A DNA stretch of 64,000 bases. Origin: Tubiluchus corallicola (lineage: Eukaryota; Animalia; Priapulida). This document shows positions 37,801 to 51,687 of the stretch, one piece after another. The notes beneath the pieces are model-generated. The model ran no database searches. It was not told the DNA's origin and was given only the letters and a program-made list of their open reading frames with translations. Where the stretch lies: assembly GCA_030141605.1 (NCBI GenBank), contig JAQGDQ010000114.1:310001-374000 (forward strand). Reading direction: 5' to 3'. The position numbers and the translations under genes are program-made. Position 1 is the first letter of the stretch. Every line of letters begins with the position of its first letter.

Positions 37801-40737
37801 TAAGACAGCTTATAAATAGGTACATTGCAAGCACTATTATTTCGTCGTTTATTGACCTAAATAGATACCACCTTTTATCTTTCTTACACGTAAATGCATT
37901 TTTGCATTAATAAACTGTAATGTTACATAACCAAATTATAAAGATCAAAATTTTGGAAAATACTAGTCACTGTACTCTTGTTTAAAATGCACTGCTAACA
38001 CTTTAACAGGAACCTTATTTCTAATATTAATGTTATAATAATCCTAAGCAACTTTCCGAGAATGCAATACGTACACAATGCAGCCCTTCCACAAATACCC
38101 AATTTCGTTGCTTAACTATGTAGTTTACAATGCCTTGCTTCCCTTTGTCTTTACCAGCTAGTACTTGCACCTAAAGCAAAACAAACAATGATGCAAGTGC
38201 ACAAAAATTGTCAGGAACTCATAAGTGATGCACGAGTTATAATTACTTCAGTTTTGTACAAACCTTCGCAAAAACCTATAATAATTTTCTGTAGTAAAGA
38301 GATGCCTCATAGATACTTTTATACTCACACAGAGGAAGCACAGCATCAGCCTAACTGATGCGCTCGTTTATAGGCATTATTAAATATTAATACTGATGTA
38401 ATGAGATGAAAATATGCTTTAAAGGAAAATAGGATGATTTTTCATATCCTACCCAGTTTTGAAGTACAGTACTAGGAAATATTATAACATGTACAATAAT
38501 GCCAACAAGTTTTTGATAATTAATTAATAGGTTGAAAACTTAATTAACGGCCGGTGAGCCCAACTAGTGATGACATCACAAATGAACATAATTTTCAAAA
38601 GCACATACATTCCACGAGCATGCTGCAGGAGTTTGCAAAAGCAAAAATTGAAGTAAAGTGTCATATATACAAAAACTTGGTAAAATTTAAGTTTAAATTT
38701 CAAGTTTACAGCTGTCTGTGCTCATGCAAGAGCTTTCAACCATGCGCACTAGGTCACAATTTGAAGACCTAAATGCATTTCTGAGGTGTAGGTGCTAACA
38801 AGCGAATGACGAAATGTAAAAGTGAAGAACTAGCCGTGCAAATGTGAAATTACCATTTACTGGTAAAAATTCTTTTACGCAAGTTATTCTTGAAAAAAAT
38901 TCCTTTTCCATGTTCCTTTTGTTCCCTTTCCTGTTCCCTTTCAACATTTTATAGGTTAAATTGTTTTGAGCCACAATTTAAAATATGTTTTGCTTTAATC
39001 ATTATTACTAGTTTCCAATTTCAACAGTTAATATCATCATTTACTAAATAGAAGTTCATTACACAACCTTCAGCATATACTAAACAAAATAAAAGTAATA
39101 ACAGAGAAACTACAATAGGGCACGAAAACAAAAACACGTTAAATAAAAAAGTTTTCAAGGAAGCTGAAGAGAACAAAAATTGTTCATTTTTTTGTAAGAA
39201 TTTTAATCACAAAATGGGATAATATAATACGGCAAAATTACTAGAACAATAAAACTACAAAAAGTTTCAACACGACTGATGCATCTTCCTTCAAATGTGT
39301 AATAAATAGGCAATAAGTGATGACATGATTTAAAAAAAACAGATATGCATTTGCAATCAAAGTGAATCATATACAGTAAAAATTCAGTGGGCAGAGCTCA
39401 AAGTAAGAAGAAAAAAGATAAGTCCAATGGAAGACCAGACTAACCATGACCTGTGGATGAATGAGTTAGAATATTAAAGCTATTTACAGTAAGTCCTCAC
39501 TTAATGATGCTATTGCTTTCCAGAAAAACTGCTTAGTCAACCAGGAAGCAAAAGCATTGTAATAACTGCACTGTATTTAGGTTACAAATGTGTTTTTAAA
39601 ACAGAATAAACAATATGCACCATTTTAATGCTTCAAATTAATTAAAAAATGTTGTTGATAAAATTCAAATGGCTGTGAGCAAAGCAAAAAAAATGTCGAT
39701 AAAATGAAACGTGTCATTAAGTGACAAAAATGTGTCAAGTGTTCAGCGTCGTTAAAAGGAAACGTCGCTAAACGGGAGTCGTTAAGCAAGGACTTACCGT
39801 AATTGACAATTACAGCCGATGCCAGTTGCGCAGCTTTATAATTTTAAATTTCTTAGGAATTTTGCTCCAGTATACATTATGCAGAAGTTTTATTTAATTG
39901 TTCTATGTTTCAAATCTGTGTTGGTGTGGTCACTTTTTAAGTACAGATTTATTTGTGTTATTTAACATTCATACATCTGTACTCTTTTAAATGGTAAGTA
40001 TAGTATAATGCAGTAGTCCCAGCACTCCATGCTCATTAGTTGAGTAGCAACAGCTACAAAATTGGCTAAATCTGAACTAATTAGTAATATTCAAAAAATA
40101 AAATACTGATTTGCAATTACTTTTTACAGTTTGTTTCAACATAAAATATTTAACAATGATAAAAGATATGATGGCATTTACCCCACTTCACAGGTTTCAA
40201 CTTTTTAGAGGCTTCACAGCCCTGCTACTAAATACTTACCAAATCACCTTTAAATACTTTCCATTCTTTAATTGGCCTCACATATATTTTAGGATGAAAA
40301 ACATTTGGAGCATTTTCATTTTGGTTTTCTTGTTCCCACGGTCGAGTAACACCATAATACCAATTACGCTTTTTTCTATAAAATTAAAAAAATGATTTAG
40401 CTTATAAATTCCAAGACAATGAGGCTTCAAATGCTTCCATGAACATCAAGTATTACAGTGTGTGGTTTTTAACCAGTTTCTGGTTGATGTCACAAATGAG
40501 TTCATGATTTTTAAACAGATTTTCAGTTACATAAATTCGTAAAATTGCATTTATGCTTAAATAATAATATGAATTTACTCTGCTTAGTGAATAGCAAGAA
40601 TTACAACATTACCTAATTTTTACACCAGCTATCCCAGCTGTATCTCGCTTGTAACCTTTAAACATCTTTCGTTCAATGTAACGTTTTGGGTAATTGGAGT
40701 ACTCAAAACAATAACGTAACATCTGTGTAAGCCGCAT
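34890..40737 (-). CDS. MRPL24: Mitochondrial ribosomal protein uL24m, 245 aa; exons 40737-40613, 40375-40240, 38170-38075, 37461-37355, 36582-36446, 35026-34890 (not visible in the ORF track)
   Basis: [19 protein letters not shown]; KOW motif FKGDL|[24 protein letters not shown]; LVDPSD; [22 protein letters not shown]; ends [14 protein letters not shown]; all phases consistent. Confidence 0.95.
39487..39799. mobile_element. pogo/Tigger-like MITE in MRPL24 intron
   Basis: TA|CAGTAAGTCCTCACTTAATGA ... TCGTTAAGCAAGGACTTACCG|TA; 17/21 TIR identity with TA TSD. Confidence 0.8.
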
Positions 40738-41029
40738 GATTGAAATCTAAAATATGATTGCAAAACAATATTTAATTCAGTCATAGGCAACGAAATATTG
40801 CTTGGACTTAACAATAGGCTGATGTATCTGTATAATGTCAACACCTAATGCATAAGATTTCATAATTCAAGAAAAGCTAAATGTAAGGTAAAGTTTTCAT
40901 CACATCATCATTTTAAATAAATGAATATCTTTTAACATGTTTTAGACTTGATATGGAATGCTTACAAAATCTGCTTTGTAATGCAATATGCAATAGTTTT
41001 TGGCAAGCGAAAAATTTCTGGAAACATCC

Positions 41030-44000
41030 TTTTTAATCACAGCTTCATTGATTACAGAAGAGCATTTGCTTTAATTGATAGATCTTCCCTTTGGTGTAAG
41101 TTAATATCACATGGAATTACATGTAATGGAAATGCCAACCAAGTTATATATAACATGTACAACAATGCTAAACCTGTATTAAAAGTGGTAGCTCTATCTG
41201 TGAATATTTTCTTGTAATACAGCTGTGAGGCAGGTGAATCTTTGTCACCTTTGTTATTTGCAGTTTATCTCAATGATTTTCAATACTTTCTGGGTAGAAA
41301 TTATAAGGCACTAAGCTTATGTTATGATGAATCAGAATTTTAGTGATGACGACTTCTATCAAAGTATATTTACAGCTGTGGATTGCTGTATGCTGATACA
41401 ATTGGTATGGCTGAGTCTGCCCATGAATTCCAAAAGACACTAACTGCAGTCTGTTATTACTGTAATCTATGGCATCTATACATACACAGGAGAAAAACTA
41501 AAACCATAATTTTTTTTGAAGGATATAGGTATTAAAAGTATTCAGAATTTTAGTTTGGTACATGAATACTTTGTTTTGGTATTACATTCAATTACAATGG
41601 TTTAATTTTTTTAATAGTAATAGTAATTTATTTATTTGGAAATACAGTTATGCGATATATAGTAACAATGAGAAAAATATAGCTAGTTAATATTGTGATT
41701 TAATATGTCACAAAGCATATAATTAATGGTAAGTAAGTAAGAACCAGAAATAAGAATAGGAAGAACTTATTAGCTGCTTATGTCATTATAAGCACATCGA
41801 AATAATAATTGAAAAAAAAGAACAAAAAACAAGGGTCTTTTTAGGCAGTTTAAAAACAAAAAGTTGTGCAAAACAGGGACAGAACTGACATATAAAAGAA
41901 TGTTAAAAAAATAGGAAAAGTGGCTTGTGAAGATTCAGCTTAATGATATCGGGAAGAACTCTGGGTTCTACTCGAAAAAATACTCGCGGTTATGACAGAT
42001 GTGTCACACAGGGACGATATGTAGTTATCGAGACTAATTAATACCAGCAACAAACAGATATCGCTCAACTGACGATATAAAGCGGTGTATGTTATACTGG
42101 CAGTAGAGTATAACTTTGGGGAGTAATGAGTTCCACAGTTTAGGTCCACTATAGCTAATGAAATGTTTTGAAGTATGATTTAGTAACTAAACTGAATTTG
42201 GGGGGCTCTGTACACGCTGCGCAGAAATTCGCATTGCAAGCTGCGAAGTGGGCTCAAGTTGTCTTGTAAGTACTACCCCCCCCCCCAAAGTGCATTCACA
42301 TAGGAAAGATATGGTAAGATTACAATATTATATAAAGTTATTTAAAGAGTTTTGAATGTATGTTATTATACCTATATTTTTAGCTAATCACATTTATATT
42401 CATGTAAGTCTGATCTAATACCCAACAATTGGATCTTAATAACTATTTCTATAGCTGTATTATCAATAGAAATATTATAATATTCTGGGGGATAGTTTTG
42501 TTTCTAGCACGAAACATAATACACTTGCAAGTTTTTGCAAGATTCAAAGAGAGCGTATTAGCTTTAAACAATTTGTAACGGTATTTAATTGCTAATTTAT
42601 TGTGTCAATTGAAGGGTTATTGAGATTAAAGAAGACTGCAGTGTTGTCTGCAAATTGAGTTAACTGTAATAAATTATTTATTTCACATAGACATTGATAT
42701 AGGTTCAGAAAAGTTGAGGGATCGAGTCTTGTGGCACTCCAATGTCTACACCACGTGGGGTTGATATCACATTACTGCTTCTCACACACTGTGCACGACT
42801 TTTAGATAATTACTAAACATGTTATTTGCAGTTCTTCAAATCCCGTGAAATGATAATTTATGTAACACAGTAGAACAATGTTCATGGTTAAAGATCACAA
42901 CGCTTCAAAAAAACTGACAAATCTTATTTTGTAAATATTTAGTTGCCTATATTTCATAAATTATAATATTAGACATGGTTTTAGTCAAATTATGCTTTAA
43001 TATTTCGGGTGATTGTGTGTGGAGGCCTTAAAGATCACAGTAGTTAGCACTAAAGATATGTCACATTGAAGTAAAAAGCACATTACAAATGGTACAAGGA
43101 ACTAAATAAACGATATTCATGTTCTATTTGAACTGTTTTAGCCGAAATCTTTCAGTAACTTTTAACATCTACGAGAAAAAAGATAAGCTGGATAAATACT
43201 AATAAAACCTCAGAAAAATGCTACTGAAAATTACCGAATGTTTTGGCTACGATAAAAACAAAACTGAATTGCAAGTGCTATTATCGGCAAATTTCGGTAA
43301 CATCCCTGCTTGTCATGCCTATTTTGCTGTATGGCTGAAAGGTCTGGTGATTTCGAAAGTTGAGCAAAATTAACATGTTTCATAATGAGTTCATGAAAAA
43401 TTTTCTTCATCTACACAGAGGAACAGTTAACTGGGTGACCTACGGTGAAATGGACAGACTTAGTATAAGTGCTATTGTCGAAAATAGAATGATTAATTCT
43501 TGGGCCAGAATATGTAATGGTAAACACTCCAAGTTGTCCTGTATCTTCTCTATGTTAATAACAAAGCTAAATGAAGTATCTGATTTTCATTCAAGGCGGA
43601 TCATTAAAGCTAACGAAATTTTGGACAAAAATTGAAAGTCTTTTGTATGGAGTAAGTGAAAACTCAGTAAGTCTAATATGGCTTAAATAATTGAATAATT
43701 TATGCTCAGGGTTGGTCTAGTGAAGTTCATCACAACAGGGTTTGCATTAACTATAGAATACTCAAACAAGGTTTTGGCCTAGAAAGTTATATGACTAAGT
43801 TGAAAAAAGCTGATAGAATTAACTTGTCTAAGTATAGTATAGGTGAAGCAATCATAAATTACCTTTCTTGGATAAACGATATCTGCGAGATAATCCTGTG
43901 TAAGAAATGTGATTTGCAGGATCAAGGTGACGAATATCATTATAATTTTAATTTACCCATTCTTTAGTGATGCAAGAAAGCGATGTATCAAACAATATTA

Positions 44001-44100
44001 CTTTGACAAGCCCAAATGCATTATTCAGTTGTTAAAAAGTTAAAGTATTGTCAAATCTAGCAAAGTTTGTTAGGCATATAATATCTCAATTTAGATAGAG
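41030..44100 (+). mobile_element. Decayed RTE-X-like LINE split by nested insertions (pieces ~41030-41600, 43070-43140, 43308-44100)
   Basis: FIDYRRAFALIDRSSLWCKL, GESLSPLLFAVYLND, LLYAD, LGITFNYNG, LVMPILLYG, YGEMDR, C-terminal CxxC..GDEYH zinc knuckle. Confidence 0.75.
41610..42890 (-). mobile_element. Decayed CR1-like LINE nested antisense within the RTE-X-like element
   Basis: Minus strand reads VLLCYIKL..HG, GVPQDSIP, YIN, QFADNTAV, NTLSLNLAKTCK. Confidence 0.65.
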
Positions 44101-45073
44101 GTCATTTGCTTAATATTATGATAACTAGTGTTTTTTATTATTATGCTAAAATGATATTACAGAAATTTCTTAAAAAGAATGTTTTGTGTTTGTGCAAAAT
44201 AAGTACACTTAACTATGACTTTAACTCTATTTAGTCATACTATTATTATTATTATTTTCTGACAAACACCATACTTTGGGATATGAATGAATTATGACTC
44301 ATTTTAACTCAATATGTTTGTAATGTGCTGAACAACTTAAATACCACTTAGCACTAGATGACGGCACTATAAATTTCTGATCAGCGCCATTGTAATTATT
44401 GTACTGGCTTTCCGCTTTGCCACAGCTGATTTCGCAACTTGTGATATCCCAAAAGGGTTACCGAAGTTAAATAACTAGATTTCATTAAAATTTGTAAATT
44501 TGCTTGCTCTTCGATATGGTCAACATTACCAACACATACATAGCACAGCTGGGTGTTTTCATGGTTTTCAACATAAAATTTCACCAGCTCTATGATACAG
44601 CAATGGAAACACGGTACATGTAACTTTTTAAAGTCTAGATTTTAAAAGTGCTGCATGAGCCAAGACGACCGAATGGTAAATGCCATGGCATAAGGTTGTC
44701 AAATACCAAATCTATGAGTGGGATACATAACAACTAAACCTAGGGGGTAAGAAAAGGATTGGTGTGTTTCCAGGCGTAAGGTCATTAATCTACCTGACCA
44801 TCACTCCTTGCTTTTCTCGTTTGCACACAAATCGGCTTCAAATCAACACAGTTACAGGCTTAGTTATAGCAGCAAACGACGGGCAGACGTTACTAGCTTT
44901 ATTAACCAACTAGTTCGTTTAACAATCATGTGTGGATATAAAACTTTTAAAATAGAAAAATTATGTGTTATTGCGAATAAATTTTAAGCTTACTGTGCAA
45001 TATTAGTGAAGATATTAAAAGCCTATAAACCACAGTACATCACAACCATAACTAACTAGTAACTACTAATGTT

Positions 45074-45423
45074 GGGCGCCGAGTAATCCACTAGCCGAAG
45101 TTGGACAGAGACAGGTCGCGAATTGAGTTGTTAAGCATACTGGCACTGTCCGTTGTCCTTGTTTATGTAATAATAATAATAATAATTAAAAACGTCAATA
45201 CACGTCAAATAATTTATTATACATCTGATGAAATAAGAGAATTTTATTCTGAGCTGGTTGAACGGATAATATTAAATTTGGCTTCGATATTAATGTTGTT
45301 GAAGTGAAACAAACCCATGTTATTTCATGGGGGCTGCCCGTGTACGACACTACTTATCCGCAAATTCAGCTCATGCGCTTTACCGGAAGTGTCCTACTTC
45401 GGCTAATGGGTTACTCGGCGCCC
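45074..45423. mobile_element. 350-bp MITE with 34-bp TIRs, superfamily unassigned
   Basis: GGGCGCCGAGTAATCCACTAGCCGAAGTTGGACA vs revcomp GGGCGCCGAGTAACCCATTAGCCGAAGTAGGACA (31/34); no clear TSD. Confidence 0.8.
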
Positions 45424-45659
45424 TACACTAACATAAACATCTCGCATTCTCGTTGCAATCTTCCTGGCGCGCTTGCCAGAGATCGCGAACCCAGTATTTT
45501 CAGTCGAAACTCCGCGGGTCCGCAAAATAATGGTTGCGGGTCGCGGACCGTATGATATCGTCAGATCAGCGATTACGTATAGTAATATATGATTACGTGA
45601 AGCCAAAACTTTAAATATGCCTATCATGAAGCCAAGTTAGCGAGGCAACAAAAAGATCA

Positions 45660-47770
45660 CAGTATAATTTTACAATCAGAACTAGAAGCAAGCTCTATAA
45701 ATCTCACAAGCTTTCTAATTCGCCTTTCAAAAGGACTTATTACAAGTCTTATTCAAATAAACTAAATCACGTTAAACAAAAATCCAAAAGAGAATATATA
45801 TTATGACCATTTATTTGCTTTGAACAAAAATAATATTAAGAAGCAATGGAGTACAATTAATAGCTTACTGAAAATTAAAAGTAAAGCACAAGTTGCCCCT
45901 TCCTCTGTAGATAACAATGGTCATAACACAAGTGACTACCTTTCTATTGCTAATGCATTTAATAAATTCTTCCAGTATGTAGGTAGTAATATGGCCAATA
46001 AAATCCCTACTACTTCGAAGACCTACTAATCATTCTTAAATGCTCCAAATGATAAACCTGTCTTCTTTTATCCTAATTCTGAATTCGAAACATTGTTGTC
46101 TCTTAATAAACTTAACGAAAATAAATCACCTGGCCCAGAAAATGTCCCAGTGAAATTCTACAAATTAGCAACTGATTTAATTGTCTCAGTACTTTTTCGA
46201 TTATTTAATATAGCAGTTTCTGAAGGAACCTTTCCTAAATGTCTAAAAGTAGCTAAAGCAAAACCACTTTATAGAAATGATTTGCCAAACAACCTATCAA
46301 ATTATCGTCCAATTTCTCTCCTGTCACCAGTTTCCAAAATTTTTGAAAATATTGTTTGTACTAACAATTTTCTCACTTCATGTAATATACTAACAAAATT
46401 TCAATTTGGTTTTTACAAAACTTACTCCACTTCATTAGCTACTTCTGAATTTGTTAAAAATATGCTTCTAAATTTAGACAAAAAACTATTCACTTGTGCG
46501 ATATTCTTAGATTTATCTAAAGCTTTTGACACAGTCCAACATGATATTCTACTACATAAATTACATTATTATGGAATCAGAGGCCCTGTCTTGGATCTCC
46601 TTAAATCTTACTTAACTAACCAACAACAGTTTACCACTATTAACAATACATGTTCTGATTTGCGAGACATAAACTGTGGTGTACCTCAAGGATCCTCTCT
46701 TGCTACTTTTCCTGATCTATATCAATGACCTACCTTTTGCAGTAATTTTAACACTCGTCTTTTCGCTGATGACACAAGTCTCTTCCTCACATCTACTAAC
46801 TATTCAACTTTACAATATTGCACTAACAATGAACTAAAAAAGATTGGTGACTGGTAGGAAGCAAATGAATTATCTGTTAATTATACTAAAACTAAGTATA
46901 TGTTAATAAGTAGGAACCTTTCACAACAAGATTCTTCCACTTTTGAACTCAAAATTGGTGACATAACTCTAACACAAAGTAGTAGTGCAAAATACCTTGG
47001 GTTGCATATTTATAAAATATGAAGTGGTCTACCCACATTTCCTCTACAGCAACAAAATTAAACAAAACAGCTGGTATTTTTGCAAAGTTGGGACATTTTA
47101 TTAATTTGCCTATTTTGAAAATGATCTACCATGCCTTAGTCTATCCGTACCTCCAATACTGTGTGTTGTCTTGGTGGCAAACAAAAAATACTTATTACAA
47201 GCACTATTAACAGTTCAGAGTAAAATAGTTAAATACATGACTTTCGCCGATAACAGAGACCATGCAGCACCATAGTACATACGCCTTAGTTTATTGAAAA
47301 TAGATAATATTTATAATCTTGAATTATTTAAATTCATGTACAAGTTCAATAACCTGCAGTTGCCTGAACTATGTGTATGTATGTATACATATACATACAT
47401 GTGTATATGTATATGTGTATATGTATATCATTGCATATGTATATCATTGTATATACAAGTAAGTAATATGGTGCATTGTAATACAAGTAAGTGGTGCATT
47501 GACAGATAATCACATAATTCGAATTCGTAACTATTTAAATTTTTTTCACTCTTTAAGGCTCACTCAAAGTCGTAATTACGTATTATGTTTTTCTTTCTCA
47601 ACTTTCAGGTTTATTGCTCTTATACCATTTGCTATTATTACATCATTTAGTTCATCCTTATTTACATTAAGTTATCTACAGGAGCATGCATAACTATAAT
47701 CATTTTTTCATTTAAGTAAGGTGAGTGTGTTGATGACCGTATGGTCGCACACTCACCTCGCACTACTCAA
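45660..47770 (+). mobile_element. 5'-truncated CR1/Crack-like LINE (RT region, frameshifted) with 3' stem-loop
   Basis: KSPGPE, NYRPISLLS, FLDLSKAFDTVQH, GVPQGS, LFADDT, AKYLG; hairpin GGTGAGTGTG..GACCGTATGGTC..CACACTCACC at 47720-47757. Confidence 0.9.
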
Positions 47771-48032
47771 ATTATTTTATTTAAAATTTATTAATGTGTT
47801 TGATATTGTATTTTTTGATGTATGAAATAAAATTCATAGTTCTTAGAGCCGGAACCATGGCCAAAACCCAATGTTTGTCCCGGAAAATAGTAAAGGTTTT
47901 TCTTATTGCTAAACTCGTCGAATTGTGATCCGTGAGTTGTGGTTCGTGAAATAAAACAATTGTCATAAAAAAATAAAATATGCAAAAGAATGCTACTGAG
48001 TTTTTATTCAGTTTTCGTATCATGTTATTGCT

Positions 48033-51000
48033 ATGGCCTTATTGTATGCGTTTTTGCAGTTTGGTTTCATTTTGAAACGAACTTTTAAGGGACAAGCCGC
48101 TAGATTTATAGCTACTTCTAAACGCATGGCTAACAGCAAGTACGATTACGTTAAAAAGTTCGAGCAGAGCGATTCTTGTCTTCCAAACTGCTGGATTGTT
48201 ATCAGAGTCGATGGGAAAGGCTTTCATAAGTAAGCTAACCGTTACTCCTGTTATTTAAAGCTTGTAAGCAATCACTAGGAGTGCAATTTAATTGCTAATC
48301 CTATATGATCTACGAACCAGCATTCTGTGCTGTTCATGTGATTGACAGGAGGTACACGACAAGAGATATTTGCACGCGTACCCTCCATTCGGTGCACACT
48401 GCTGCTGCATACTGCCTTGGTAAGTTCACCTCACAGTGTATCATAGCATCATGTGTCGCCTTGCGATTTGCTGCTTCATGGTAACATGGTGCTGGAGTAC
48501 GTGGAAAGGTGAGGTGGTACATGGCATCAGAGAACGTGTGCAGTAACACAGCATGGGGCACAAGGTGAGGCCTGAATTATCAGGTTGATTTTGGCTAGTA
48601 CCTTATTGGAAGAAGGAGTAATATGTGGGGGTGTCACATAAGTGTGAATGTCCCATGTAGTGTGTGATATCAAAGATGGAACTTGAAGATTGTTTGTTAT
48701 CATATAATGTAGAAGATTTGAAATCAAGTGGTTTTATAAAGTGCTAGTGCAGTTGCACTACGAATTCTATGAAATTTGTGAATATTATGCGATTGCAATG
48801 CCAATAATGTAATTAATGTTACTGCAAATAAATATACACATACAATTATCTCAAACAGGCAGGAGGCAGCGTCCTATATTAGCTAAGAACCTAGGACGAG
48901 ATTTACTAAACATTCCTTTTATAATTTTCAATAATTCTAATTGAGTGACAGTACAACCTTGTCACTTGTGATTGTAAACAATCGTAACATAGTAAACAAA
49001 CAGTCATCGGGCTGACAATTGTGCCAACAATGCACATGCTCTGTAACATTCTTCAGCAAATGTGAAAATTTCACATATTGAAAGCACTGCCCAATTTGGC
49101 TAGCATGGCGATTTTACACCTGAGTTTTGCCTCTATATAAAGTAATCAATTAATTTATTAGTTTTTTTAGCTTTGCCCCACAAATCCTGGTAATTTTATA
49201 GCTGAGTTTGATTTTTGAAATTGATTGTTTTTCAGTGAATAGGAATAAAAAATTGGCATTTAAGAGCTTTTACGATTTCATTCCATAAGCTGCCTCCCTG
49301 ATCCCTTGTGTTCCTTCAAAAGTGTGATAGATTTTAACCAATGTATTTTTAAAAATGAACCAACTTTCTACCGATCTGTAGGCTATCGATCTACTTTGAA
49401 AGAAAGTTGAGCTTATAATTTAAATGTTATGCAGGTTTTCAAAACGACACAATTTTGTCAAACCAAATGATGACCGATCATTGAACTTAATGACGACAGC
49501 TGCAAGAGCAGTTCTGGAAGAATTTACTGACATTGTTATAGCATATGGCCAAAGTGACGAGTACAGCTTTGTTTTCTGTAAAGAAACACAGACGTATAAC
49601 AGAAGGACTAGGTAAGATGATGACACATAGAGTTTAAATTTGTATCTGAATATTTGTATAGTTCAATGAAACATTGTTATTTTTCACGTTTTCGTGAAAG
49701 CAGTGTGTGCTTATTTTACTAATGTTTCATTGAATGAACAAAAATAAAACTAATAAAAATATTTTTTTGTTATTTTTTGTTGATAAAAATATTTTTTTAA
49801 AATACTTATGCATTTATTTTAGCAAACTCATGACTAATGTCACTAGTCTTTTCACATCTGCATATATGTACTCATGGGCTTCGTACTTTCCAAATGAGAA
49901 ACTGCAATATCCACCTTCATTTGATGGGCGAGTTGTGTTATACCCCACTAATCAAAACATGCGTGATTACTTGAGCTGGAGGCAGGTTGATTGTAAGTTG
50001 CTCTGAGTTGTTTTTAGTCTCTTTGTACCATAATATGTTAAGTGCTTACTCCTCTGCTTAGACTTAATTACTGAATAACTTCTACATGAATGAAACTTAT
50101 GGCTCAAAAAATAAAAATGAGTAAAAGTGGAAAGTAAAAAAGGAATAATCTACTTTAGAAACCATTAGCAGAATGAAAACACATGTGTTCATTTGATGGG
50201 TAAAATTGTGAACAGTGCTAGAAAATCTTTGAAGTTTATCTTAACCAGAAGTGTGCAATAGTCAATAACAAGTTGAATACCATTATTTGTATGACTAACT
50301 AGATTGTGAAGACCTTACGAGTTATAAAATCAATAGGTGCATTATTATTTCAGGTCACATAAATAATCTATACAACACAGTGTTTTGGACTTTGATACAG
50401 GAGGGAGGGCTATCACCACAAGAAGCTCAGTGTCGACTCAAGGGGACATATTCTTCCGACAAACATGAAATATTGTTTTCCCAGTTCAATCTTAATTATA
50501 ATAACATGCCTGAGCTACATAAGAAAGGCACAACTCTTTTAAGAGCAAAGGTAATAATTATTATTATTTTAGTGTTCCAGACTAATGGTTGCCCATTACT
50601 GATTACAGAGTTACTTTTTCTCAATTTAATAAAGAGTTATTTGATGTAATTATTCTTAACAAACCATTTAATACTTTTGCTGACGAGGCTATTTTTGTCT
50701 TTAGCTGTTTTTTATGGATGTATATTGAAATGCCTCATGGATTCTCGTTTCTTTTCTTTGTTCTCCTTGACAGTTTCATCACTTCTGGCTTCACTCACAT
50801 GTTCATTAATTTCTCCCCCTCTCATTCTCTTACTCTCTCTTGTCCCTAGAGAAGCACCAAATATGCAGATCACTGAATTTTTCCCCTTATACTAGTATAA
50901 ATATCTGGTTTGGTATACCGAATTTACTTTTTTAGTAGTTGTCCCATTCCGTGAAATTATATTCAACAAATTAAATATTCGCTCAATACTTACAAAATGT

Positions 51001-51636
51001 ACACGAAAAAACTGACGGTAAACTGTTGAGACTGTACAACAGATCGGTATTTTGCTTTCTATTTCTGTATGATAACACAAGGAATGCAATGGACCTTTGG
51101 TATACGACTCGTGTCAATGCCCAATAACGTGGCCTTGCTGTATTCACTTACACAACGAAATAAATAAATGAGAACTAAAACTAGGAAAGAATTATGCTAT
51201 TGGAGTTTTGCTTACTCACTGTTGTTTTGATTGTACAAAATAGTTTGAACAACTTTTCAAATAAATAAGTCTGCTTTTGAAAGACTTCCACTTTATTACA
51301 CAACCATTAAATAAAAACCCAGATTTACTGATTAGAACAATTTTATACAGCTTATCAGTCACCACTTACTTAAGACAATTTGAACATTACAGAGTTTATA
51401 AAGTTTGTAATTCAGTTGGAATTAAAAGAAAATTATGTTATAGTAAAAACAAATCGGTTTGACTTCGGTCCAATATTTCAATTTAACTTGATATTTTTAT
51501 TTGAATTTGGTCTGGTTCGACTTGTGAACTTAGGTTTGTTGGCATCCAAGCATAAAAAAGTCGGGTTCAGTTCGGTTGTCTTTGATGTGCTCCTACTTGT
51601 CTGTTTCTCCCTTCCCCCTCTCATTCTCTTCTATTC

Positions 51637-51687
<51 letters not shown>

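Noticed and set aside
44659-44735. tRNA-like 5' end GCCAAGACGACCGAATGGTAAATGCC
   Set aside because: A-box-like only; no intact B box or cloverleaf; at most a decayed SINE head.
49617-49651. Box C (ATGATGA) and box D (CTGA) in THG1L intron 2; similar pair at 61269-61312
   Set aside because: Spacing too short for a snoRNA and no terminal stem.
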